39,214 bases of DNA from an uncultured archaeon (GCA_964473825.1 CAYYQL010000023.1:1-39214); one strand, 5' to 3'. Positions 1 to 8,009 are shown, counted from the stretch's first letter. Notes: generated by a model from the sequence alone, not told the origin. Numbers and translations are program-made.

Positions 1-476
1 AGAAAGAGAATGGTTTCGGAGGCATGGTTTCTCACAAGATAGTCTGGATCGTTCGCTACCGCCTCGAACAGAGCCTGTACAACCTGTTCATCAGGAAACC
101 TTCTGAGGGCCCTGGCCGCATCCATTCTGTGGGACCAAAAAGCAGAGTTCTTGAGAACAAAGATGATATGACCAATATACTCGAGGGAATCCTTAATCAC
201 GCATAGGGCAACAGCAATCTGAATTCTGAAACTTCCTGCACTGGAGGGTAGAAGCCGTTCGAGAAGAGGGAGAGCTCTAATTGATTTTAGCTCTCGCAGT
301 CCTATTGCCGCGTAGTGATTCCCTTCTTCAAGAGAACTAATGAGCATTTCCTCAGCCCTAGATCTTTCATCATCTTTCAGACGGGTAACCGACTTCTCAT
401 CAATCCCGTCATGCCACATCATGTACGGATCACCATAGTAGTTGGCCATGAAGTATTCCCAATCACGACTCGGCAA
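1..476 (-). CDS. HEAT/PBS-lyase-repeat protein, runs off the left edge (partial; absent from the ORF track)
   Basis: Manual translation from TTG at 476 (ATG at 449) stays open to the window edge: ...YAAIGLRELKSIRALPLLERLL...RIQIAVAL...WSHRMDAARALRRFPDEQVVQALFEAVANDPDYLVRNHASETIL, a typical HEAT_2 pattern. Confidence 0.8.
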   Translation of the reverse strand, partial: MPSRDWEYFMANYYGDPYMMWHDGIDEKSVTRLKDDERSRAEEMLISSLEEGNHYAAIGLRELKSIRALPLLERLLPSSAGSFRIQIAVALCVIKDSLEYIGHIIFVLKNSAFWSHRMDAARALRRFPDEQVVQALFEAVANDPDYLVRNHASETILF

Positions 477-599
477 GGGAAATCACGAGGACGGAATACT
501 CTGGAGTATCTATTAGTTGTTTTGTGCGCCTTGGGGCGCGTTCTACTATGAGGAAACAAGATAATTTCAGGGCATCCTAGAATCTGGGATGAGCGGAGT

Positions 600-1160
600 C
601 TATCGATTTTCTCCAATCTGGCTGAGGTATCTCTCTCGTAGTTCTTCAGTGCACTCATCGCAAAATGCTGAAGGGACCGAGTCGAGGTCCTCGACGGTCT
701 TGAATGGCTGCATCACACACTCGTCGTCTCGATGCCCGAGTTTCATAGCCTGTCCCAGCTCGTGAAGGGCAACCTTCAGGGCTCTTGTTCTGAAGAGATC
801 ACTGTTAGGCTTTCGTCCATAGAACTCCTCTCTCAGGCGCGGAAGAGCTAGGAGTGCATTGCGACCTCGTTCAGCCCGCCCAAGCACATAGTCTTCTTTT
901 GCGGAGAACAGGTCCTCGTCTATGATACCAATAGCGCGACCTTCCTCGGGCATGTGTCGGACCAGGTCTCGAATGAAATCATCTGCACGATATTGGTTTC
1001 TGGTAGGGACGAAGCTCTCTTCTGGGAGGTCAAGCCTTTCAGGAGATGCGGTGACCTCCTGGAATAACCTGTTGGGTAATCTGCTTTGGATCTCATCTCT
1101 AAGATTGAACAAGATGTCTTTTGATACTTGCTGGTAAGGTAGTAGTCGTAGAATGGCCAT
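600..1160 (-). CDS. Archaemetzincin (peptidase M54) family protein with degenerate Zn motif
   Basis: RNQYRAD, DLF...YVLG.A, RLREEFYG, KVALHELGQAMKLGH...CVM...FCDEC match archaemetzincin. Likely start is ATG at 1160 (ORF track starts at 1229). Confidence 0.85.
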   Translation of the reverse strand: MAILRLLPYQQVSKDILFNLRDEIQSRLPNRLFQEVTASPERLDLPEESFVPTRNQYRADDFIRDLVRHMPEEGRAIGIIDEDLFSAKEDYVLGRAERGRNALLALPRLREEFYGRKPNSDLFRTRALKVALHELGQAMKLGHRDDECVMQPFKTVEDLDSVPSAFCDECTEELRERYLSQIGENR

Positions 1161-1533
1161 ATAATCAATACTTTCCTTTACGCATGATACAAGGACATGG
1201 TAGCGGATAAAGGCTAGGAATGCGGTCATAGTCTCTGCTCTGCGAACCTGTATGATACAAGCGTATACTCTAGAAGCGGTCTCGTGTACGATTCATAGTT
1301 CGACAGGTCTGGCTTGGAGAGATTCTGACAATCGTTTACAAGTAGGCGGTGGGCAATCTCTTGTACCGTTGCCAATGTATCTTGAAACAATCTTCAGGCA
1401 ACAGCTCAATCGAGAGTACACGATACCCTTCTCTCATTTAGCGGCTGCAGAAGATGCGTGTACTCTACTAATGATGGGTACACGTTGGGCGGTAGCCAGA
1501 GTTATTAGACATGTACGCACCCCGGCCTCCATC

Positions 1534-2727
1534 ATGTGCCCTGATGTGGTTGTGGTCGGCGCAGGTCCTGCGGGGCTGTTGGCAGCCCAGGTACTCAGTG
1601 AGAACAGTGTGGATTTCAGGCTCTTCAGTCGCGAGCGAGTTCCCGGACAGGAGAAGTCTTGTGGAGGCTTCATACCTGCTCGAATGTTCTCTGAATTCTG
1701 TATGAAACCTTTTGGCGGTTGCTATGCCATCGACTCTGTGAGAATGAAGTTTCCTGAGATGGATCCAGTCCGAGTCGAGTTTCATAGACCGGTTGGCTAT
1801 GATGTCGCGCGGGATCACCTTGGTCTTGCTCTCCTTGAGAGAGTGGGTCACTACGAGAAACTCGTTCAGCTCGAAACAGAGGTCAGAAGTGTATCTATTG
1901 ATAGCTCGGGTTGTGAGTTAACGGTTAATGGGCCAGGTGGGTCAGAGTCAGTCAAAGCAAAGCTACTGATTGATTGCAGCGGAGCCAATCCTGTCAGTCT
2001 TCGACACGGGTATGTTAGGCCACGTATACCCAACTCCAAGATGGGCTATGGCCGACAATACATCTTTGAGCGTGAGCCGGGAGCCGGGGAATACGACAAT
2101 GTCATTGACCTCTTCTATGGACACGAATACAGTCCTGGGGGCTATGCTTGGTTGTTTCCTCGCAAAGACATTGCGGTGATAGGTTCGGGTGGACTGGTCT
2201 CGAGAGTGCGTGAAGACCCAACACCAATCGACACGTATCTACATCGCTTCATGGATCATGTTGTGATAGGCGAGCAACTCCGCGGAAGCTATGTCATCCA
2301 GAAGGAGGCTGCTCTCATGCCTCTTGCTGGCGCAGTGACACCTTCTTTCTCCGACAGAGTTCTACTCGCCGGTGATGCAGCAGGACACTGCTCACCAATT
2401 TCGGGAGAGGGGATCTATTACTCAGCTGTGGGAGGTCAGTGCGCTGGAATTGTGGCCTCCACAGCGGTAGAGGAGAATGACTTCTCTGACAAAGCCCTCA
2501 GTCAATATGAGAAGATGTGGAGGTCTCGAATTGGTTCTGATCTACGTTGGGGTGCGTGGTTGCAGAGCAGACTCCGTGATGGGGGATCAGGCTCATTTGC
2601 AAGCTCTCTGCTGAAGTCGGAGAAATATCAGCGTATCATCGCTGAGATGCTGGTCGGTGAGAGGTCGGTACGGCGCGCGATTCTAGCCTGTGCACCGGGA
2701 TATTTACGTGCAAAGATTGGATTCTAG
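1534..2727 (+). CDS. Geranylgeranyl reductase family FAD-dependent oxidoreductase
   Basis: DVVVVGAGPAG dinucleotide fold, KSCGG, PGGYAWLFP (YxWxFP), LLAGDAAG, GEGIYYS. Likely start is ATG at 1534, just before the Rossmann motif. Confidence 0.9.
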   Translation: MCPDVVVVGAGPAGLLAAQVLSENSVDFRLFSRERVPGQEKSCGGFIPARMFSEFCMKPFGGCYAIDSVRMKFPEMDPVRVEFHRPVGYDVARDHLGLALLERVGHYEKLVQLETEVRSVSIDSSGCELTVNGPGGSESVKAKLLIDCSGANPVSLRHGYVRPRIPNSKMGYGRQYIFEREPGAGEYDNVIDLFYGHEYSPGGYAWLFPRKDIAVIGSGGLVSRVREDPTPIDTYLHRFMDHVVIGEQLRGSYVIQKEAALMPLAGAVTPSFSDRVLLAGDAAGHCSPISGEGIYYSAVGGQCAGIVASTAVEENDFSDKALSQYEKMWRSRIGSDLRWGAWLQSRLRDGGSGSFASSLLKSEKYQRIIAEMLVGERSVRRAILACAPGYLRAKIGF

Positions 2728-2788
2728 TAGATCAGATAGCAGTTCCGAAATAATCCATTTCAGACACCCCGCGTGGGCGAAGGGCTGG

Positions 2789-4156
2789 CTATGTTCGCTC
2801 TCTCTTCAGTTGCCTTTTTGCTGTAGTCTGCACATCTACATGGTCGTCTTCTAGTGCCTGTCGGATTACCGTCGTCGAATACGGCTCGGAGAGATGATGC
2901 ACCGATTCAACTACAGCCTTTCTTACTCTGTAATCCTCGTCATTCATGAGGGGGAGGAGTAGATCACCAATCTCACCTGGCGGTGCATGCCTAAGCGCTC
3001 GAACAGCTGAGACCCTGACAAGTGGAGAGAAATGAGAAAGGTAAGACTCGAGTAGTTTCAGATTTGCTGTCTTGAACCATTCGGATCCCATGATGTAATC
3101 GTCTAAGCTCCTTGCGGCAACCTCGATACTGCCCGGGTCGGTTCTTATCTGAAAATCTCGTGATGCAACCTTTGAGAATATCTCAGCAGCCTTCTTTCTA
3201 ACGACTGAACTAGAATCTGAGAGCAGTGGAGATACAATTGCCTGTAGCTTAGATTTGGGTACCGACATCGCTTCCATCACACGGAGAGCTTCCAACCTTT
3301 CAGAGGAGTTTCCAGTGTTGAAGAGCTCGACAATCTGGTCAAAGAGAAAGAATGTGGAAGAATCCTTGAATGACGCAATCGCGTCTCTTCGTTTTTCCTT
3401 GGAACCGGCTTTGAATAGTAATCGTGTCTGATATACTCTCTCAAGCACGGCCATTCTTGGATAGGCATTATCGGTAGATCGGAATGTATCGAGGGCTTCT
3501 TGCCAGTCTTCGGGGGCAACCTCAACTAGGATCTGGTCAGGTTCGAGGTCAAGCTGTTCGAGAAGGCTTCTAACATGGAACCATTGTTCCTCTCCGATAA
3601 CCTTCGAGTTCCTACTTATTCCAACCGAAGCCAGAGCCATCTCTCCGTAGTGGCTATCAAAGAGCCCTCTCAACGAATACCTGATGAGTTCACGTCCCGA
3701 GCGGCGTAGGATAGAGTATGGAACCTGAACATTTGCCAGCATGTCCGTATGATACTGGATAACATCTGACGACATGATTGCATATTCATTAAGAGACAGG
3801 AGTTCGAACTCTAGCCGCCGCGACACCAGGTCAGGGCTTTTCTTCTCAAACATCTCCCTTGTTAACGCGAGGAGCTGTCTTCTCGCATCTTCAAGATTAT
3901 TGGCATCGCCCAATCGCAAAAGTAGGTTTTCAGAGTCAACTTGAAGTGCTGTATAGATCGGACGGGCGTTCAGTGCAAATAAGACATGGTCTCTTACTCT
4001 GAGGTGTGACTCTGATGCGGAGCCATAGAGAGGGGCAAGCGAGTCCACGAATGTACCTATCGTTCCGTCACGCATTATCCTGTCAATGAGTAGACGGCTC
4101 TCATTGAACTCTCCCAGTTGAAGTGCCTTGTGAAAGAGGTGGGCGTCTGTGGACAT
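2789..4156 (-). CDS. HEAT-repeat domain protein
   Basis: C-terminal repeats LLSDSSSVVRKKAAE, SPLVRVSAVRAL, LMNDEDYRVRKAVV, ALEDDHVDVQTTA. Likely start is ATG at 4156. Confidence 0.8.
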   Translation of the reverse strand: MSTDAHLFHKALQLGEFNESRLLIDRIMRDGTIGTFVDSLAPLYGSASESHLRVRDHVLFALNARPIYTALQVDSENLLLRLGDANNLEDARRQLLALTREMFEKKSPDLVSRRLEFELLSLNEYAIMSSDVIQYHTDMLANVQVPYSILRRSGRELIRYSLRGLFDSHYGEMALASVGISRNSKVIGEEQWFHVRSLLEQLDLEPDQILVEVAPEDWQEALDTFRSTDNAYPRMAVLERVYQTRLLFKAGSKEKRRDAIASFKDSSTFFLFDQIVELFNTGNSSERLEALRVMEAMSVPKSKLQAIVSPLLSDSSSVVRKKAAEIFSKVASRDFQIRTDPGSIEVAARSLDDYIMGSEWFKTANLKLLESYLSHFSPLVRVSAVRALRHAPPGEIGDLLLPLMNDEDYRVRKAVVESVHHLSEPYSTTVIRQALEDDHVDVQTTAKRQLKRERT

Positions 4157-4242
4157 CAAGTGGACAGATGAACTTAGCTTATTGAACCTCACGTATTGTC
4201 ATCATCTAATAGAGAGAAGACAGTGAAGGTGAGATGTCGGGA

Positions 4243-4509
4243 CTATGAACCCATGCCCTTCATCTTATTGACGATGAAGCACTTCTGTCGGTATGACTCG
4301 TCATCTAGTGATGAGATGAAGTCTTCCAGTCGCTTCACTCTTGTGAACTCTTCTTCAATATCAAGATCGCGTACAGTGATGGTGGCCTTTCTCTTCTCGA
4401 TACGAACGTATACGCCACCAATGCCTACTTGATGTTTCATGTAGACCGGTTGATCTTGATTCTTCACTCTGTAGAAACCTTGTCGTCTTAGCATTCTTAG
4501 CATCATCAT
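4243..4509 (-). CDS. Small basic hypothetical protein (88 aa)
   Basis: Plausible alpha-beta-beta-beta-alpha pattern; GGGAGG upstream of the ATG; TTTATAT box near 4562-4568 on the minus strand. Confidence 0.7.
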   Translation of the reverse strand: MMMLRMLRRQGFYRVKNQDQPVYMKHQVGIGGVYVRIEKRKATITVRDLDIEEEFTRVKRLEDFISSLDDESYRQKCFIVNKMKGMGS

Positions 4510-4582
4510 GTTTGTCTAGCCCTCCCGGCGGCAGACAACTCAATGAGTACATGTTACCCTAATATAAATCCTACAGTTTTTA

Positions 4583-4880
4583 GGTAGTACACGGCCTAAT
4601 CAAGCTCTCCGGGGTGAAACTGCCCTCATCTGCCCTCTAGCTGGCAATATGTTTGGCGCGATTTAGCTACCGTGTACAATAATGGATAGACTCTTAGCCC
4701 AAACATACCCCTAACGTTTACGAAAAGGAAGCTTATCCGGGGGCGGAGGACGTAATACGAAGATAATACATGTCCTCCGGAATAGCAGAGCTCCTAACGT
4801 ACTCTTTTGCCGGAAAGAGGCGCTGATAGCCGTTCCTTTAGGAGAGCATGCTGATACGGGAGGTAGCAGACCAGCTTTTT
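4583..4880 (+). ncRNA. Candidate structured non-coding RNA of unknown class
   Basis: ORF-free region with many helices: 4587-4594/4670-4677, 4648-4656/4699-4707 (crossing), 4744-4753/4770-4779, 4791-4797/4838-4844, 4802-4808/4813-4819. G-U pairs favour the plus strand. TATAAA at 4563 and a T5 run at 4876-4880. Confidence 0.5.
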
Positions 4881-4891
4881 CTACTGTGAAA

Positions 4892-4906
4892 CGAGAAGCC
4901 TTAAAA
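4892..4906 (+). promoter_or_regulatory. BRE/TATA promoter for the DUF106 gene
   Basis: CGAGAAG followed by CCTTAAAA about 40 bp upstream of the TTG at 4944. Confidence 0.5.
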
Positions 4907-4943
4907 CTGGTTTAGAGTGCTTGGCGTCAAAGGCGCGTGATGA

Positions 4944-5498
4944 TTGTTGGACCTATTTGGTGATATACTTCAGTTCTTCGTCAACGCATTGCAGCCCGTA
5001 TCCTCGTATCCTACCTCCGCAGCATTTGTTGTGTTCGTGAGTGTAGGGTTAGCGTTGATTTCTTCATGGGTTACACTACGTTTCAGCGATGTTGAGAAAC
5101 TTCAGAAGGACATGGAGGAGGTCCAAGAGTGGCAGAGGAAGTTCAAAGAAGCACGGAAGACTATGGATCCATATCTGCTTCAAGAGGTTCAGGATACACA
5201 GGGAAGGATACTGAGACTCCAGTCTGAGATGATGGGTTCAAGAATGAAGCCCATGTGTATTTTCTACATTCCGTTTCTGATAATCTTCTGGATTCTCAAC
5301 TCGCTTTATGGTGCAACTCCTGTGGCCATAATGCCTTTCAACGCCCACAAGCTATTACCCTTTCTGGTTGGATTCTTAGGTACGCCTGTTGAAGGGCTTG
5401 GTTTTGGCCTGTATTTCTGGCCGTGGTATGCGATGGCTAGCTTTGCGCTTGGTAACCTTGTGAGAAGAGCATTCGGTGTTAACACACCCGGCATGTGA
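4944..5498 (+). CDS. DUF106 / EMC3-TMCO1-Get1 (Oxa1 superfamily) membrane insertase
   Basis: TM helix, cytoplasmic coiled coil (DVEKLQKDMEEV...LQSEMM), MKPM..FYIPFLIIF, then FWPWY...SF..GNLVRRAFG. Confidence 0.9.
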   Translation: MLDLFGDILQFFVNALQPVSSYPTSAAFVVFVSVGLALISSWVTLRFSDVEKLQKDMEEVQEWQRKFKEARKTMDPYLLQEVQDTQGRILRLQSEMMGSRMKPMCIFYIPFLIIFWILNSLYGATPVAIMPFNAHKLLPFLVGFLGTPVEGLGFGLYFWPWYAMASFALGNLVRRAFGVNTPGM

Positions 5499-5580
5499 AT
5501 CAAGGAACTTTGGACATTCATCAATCAATGGCATCCCGTCTTCTCAGAGGAAAGCGCTAAGGCGCGGGGCGACCTCGATG

Positions 5581-5595
5581 GCAAGAGCTTTTAAG
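5581..5595 (+). promoter_or_regulatory. BRE/TATA promoter of the rnfDC operon
   Basis: GCAAGAG followed by CTTTTAAG about 45 bp upstream of ATG 5638; AGGTG RBS-like site upstream of the ATG. Confidence 0.5.
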
Positions 5596-5637
5596 ATTGA
5601 GCAGTTACATTTGAGAAAACAGCTAGGTGTTGTAGAG

Positions 5638-6687
5638 ATGTCTGTTGAAGGAGGTCCAGCGGATTACCAAGAGGTTAAGCCGCCACACACGCACATAGGG
5701 TTCACCAAGGATGAGCTCATGTTCAAGACATTTGGGGCGTTGCTGATCATCGCGTTTGCATCAGTCATTGTGATGGGATTGAACGCCCTCATCCATATAC
5801 TGGTTGCAATGGGTGCAGTGTTGCTATTCCATGGCTTGGTTTACTCGTATCAGAGATGGAGGAAGGAGAAACCCACCTATCAATCGCCTGCGTCCCCGAT
5901 GGTTGCAGGAATGATTGTTGCGCTTGCCATGCCCATTGCGAGTCCGTTTGTGGTAACGGCTGCCGTGGCCCTTGTCACAATCGCTGTTTTCAAGTATGGT
6001 CAGGGGGCCTATTTCGGGAGAAAATACCTGAATCCCGCTGCAGCATCGAAAACTCTACTCCTCGTGTTGCTCTCATTGATGATCTTCCTTGAGGACTCCT
6101 TGGATGTTGGGATGCTCTTTCATCCTCATCATCTTAGCTTGGATCTTCTTACTGCCGAGGGTTTCCAGAGTTCTATGTGGATATTCAGCGGAAAGGTGTT
6201 GCCAATACTGAACATCGAACTAACGCCGGCTCAGGCTCTTGTTATCTGGCAGACCCATGGTTGGATTGGCGGAGCATGTGGAGCTGTCGCCTTAGTTGTG
6301 GGTCTGGTGGCTGCCTACTGGCTTAGGTACAAATGGCATATTATCGCAGCAACTCTGTCAACAATCACAGCCCTAGCAATCATCACCGGTCTCGCTGTCG
6401 GAGGAGATCCTCTGTTGCGGGTTGCATTCCATGTGTTCACGGGGAGTGTCATATTCATGGTCTTTTTCATGGCAACCGAGCCCCAATCCACCCCAATGCC
6501 CGAAACCTCTCAGATCATCTTCGGTGTTATTCTGGCTGTTCTGACCTTTGTGCTACAGCTCCTCAACGTACTAGGCGGCTCAATCATTGCGTTGGTAATC
6601 CTGAACTTCGCTACGCCGTACCTGGACAAGATTGGAATCAAGACACCCTATGGACTGAAAGGGTCACACGGAGGAGATGAACAATGA
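5638..6687 (+). CDS. rnfD: RnfD/NqrB family membrane subunit
   Basis: VAGMIVALAMP, LNPAAA, GWIGG, HVFTGS..F..FFMATEPQSTP (cf. FFMATDPVTSP); about 10 TM helices. Likely start is ATG at 5638. Confidence 0.85.
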   Translation: MSVEGGPADYQEVKPPHTHIGFTKDELMFKTFGALLIIAFASVIVMGLNALIHILVAMGAVLLFHGLVYSYQRWRKEKPTYQSPASPMVAGMIVALAMPIASPFVVTAAVALVTIAVFKYGQGAYFGRKYLNPAAASKTLLLVLLSLMIFLEDSLDVGMLFHPHHLSLDLLTAEGFQSSMWIFSGKVLPILNIELTPAQALVIWQTHGWIGGACGAVALVVGLVAAYWLRYKWHIIAATLSTITALAIITGLAVGGDPLLRVAFHVFTGSVIFMVFFMATEPQSTPMPETSQIIFGVILAVLTFVLQLLNVLGGSIIALVILNFATPYLDKIGIKTPYGLKGSHGGDEQ

Positions 6688-8009
6688 ATACCGATGGCAA
6701 AGGTGTGACTGAATTCGTGGAGAAGGGTGGCTTCAAGATGGACTTGTCCATGAAGATCGATGCATTAAGCAGCCCCTTTACGACGGTACCCCCGGCTGAT
6801 AGGATGGTTGTATTCCTTCGTCAGCATATTGGCCCTGAAACAAAGCCCCTCGTGGAGGTCGGTGACGAAGTGGTATACGGACAGAAGATTGGAGATGACC
6901 CCGATGGAGGTCCCTTAGTGGTTCCGGTGCACAGTCCAGTCAATGGGATTGTCACCGATCTGACAGAGATGGTCCATCCAATATCAGGTCGTGAAGAGAT
7001 GGCTGTGGCGATTGAAACCAAGAATGAAGACAAGAAGCCATACTACAAACCTCTGGATCCCGATAATGCAACGAAAGAGGAGCTCGTAGAGAGAGTGAGA
7101 GAGACAGGGATTGTGGGTCTAGGCGGGGCCGCATTCCCAACCCACTTCAAGCTCTCTCCAGGCAAACCAATATCTCATTTGATCATCAATGCCAAGGAGA
7201 GCGACCCGAACACAGCATGCGATTTCTGCCTTATGTTGGAGAGTCCCGATGAGATAATGATCGGGATACAGCTAATGGCACAGATGCTAGGGGCAGGTGA
7301 GGTTATCTTTGCCACGCGTACCAAAGAGGGTGAGACGCCAGAGTTTGAGCGGATCCTGAGTGAAAACAATGTCACCATTACCAGAATCCGACCCTGCTAC
7401 TCAATTGGCAGTGAAAAGCTTCTGGTAAAGGAAGTTCTGGGCAAAGAGATTCCATCAGGAAAGTTCCCCCCAGATATTGGGGTCGTGGTTCACAATGTTT
7501 CAACTGCTCATGCAGTCAAGCGATCAATCATTGATGGAGAATCGCTCGTTAGCAGAGGTCTCACAGCGTATTCGCGAAAGACCGGGGGAAACAATCTTTG
7601 GGTCCGGATGGGCACGCCAGTCGAACACGTTCTGCAATTCCTGGGAGTCGCCCCAAGTGAATTCCAGAGAATTGCCATCGGCTCCATGATGATGGGTCTG
7701 TCAATACCTGATTCATCATATCCTCTCCTGAAGGCAACCTCGGGCATTACTGCTTTCACAGAAGCCGAGACCGATCCTTACGAGGACTCGCTACCGTGCA
7801 TCCGGTGCGGCTACTGCAATACGGTCTGCCCAGTCAACATCTATCCTCAGCTGATAATGGAGGCTGAGAAGGCGGGCGATACTGAGCAACTGAAGAAGCT
7901 CCACGTTGAGGTATGCATAGACTGCGGACTCTGTTCGTATGTCTGCCCATCGTGTATCAAGTTCACTCCATTTCTGCAGAGAGGCAAACAAAAGATCCGA
8001 GATACATGA
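6684..8009 (+). CDS. rnfC: RnfC/RsxC family flavin/Fe-S subunit
   Basis: QHIG..KPLVEVGD.V..GQKIG, PVHSPVNG, GIVGLGGAAFPTHFK, two 4Fe-4S motifs CIRCGYCNTVCP and CIDCGLCSYVCP; ATGA overlap with rnfD. Confidence 0.92.
   Translation: MNTDGKGVTEFVEKGGFKMDLSMKIDALSSPFTTVPPADRMVVFLRQHIGPETKPLVEVGDEVVYGQKIGDDPDGGPLVVPVHSPVNGIVTDLTEMVHPISGREEMAVAIETKNEDKKPYYKPLDPDNATKEELVERVRETGIVGLGGAAFPTHFKLSPGKPISHLIINAKESDPNTACDFCLMLESPDEIMIGIQLMAQMLGAGEVIFATRTKEGETPEFERILSENNVTITRIRPCYSIGSEKLLVKEVLGKEIPSGKFPPDIGVVVHNVSTAHAVKRSIIDGESLVSRGLTAYSRKTGGNNLWVRMGTPVEHVLQFLGVAPSEFQRIAIGSMMMGLSIPDSSYPLLKATSGITAFTEAETDPYEDSLPCIRCGYCNTVCPVNIYPQLIMEAEKAGDTEQLKKLHVEVCIDCGLCSYVCPSCIKFTPFLQRGKQKIRDT

Noticed and set aside
24-658. 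Short ORFs 24-206, 315-551 and 419-658
   Set aside because: Shadow frames of the minus-strand HEAT gene and the archaemetzincin gene.
1252-1533. N-terminal extension of the geranylgeranyl reductase
   Set aside because: The family starts at the Rossmann motif; the extension has no recognisable features and spans the divergent promoter region.
4611-4740. RNase P RNA, suggested by GGGTGAAAC and GAAAAGGAAGCTTA
   Set aside because: No GAGGAA-n-UCC CR-I partner to form P4, and the order and spacing do not fit.
4557-4800. Telomerase-like template (CCCTAA/CCTAAC copies near a pseudoknot)
   Set aside because: Copies are isolated rather than 1.5 tandem repeats, and no reverse transcriptase is in the window.
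4583-4880. SRP (7S) RNA, suggested by the ~300 nt length, AGCAG motifs and the neighbouring insertase
   Set aside because: No CAGG-nnn-GNRA-nnn-AGCAG helix 8 with a properly paired stem, and no long helix 5 returning to the 5' end.
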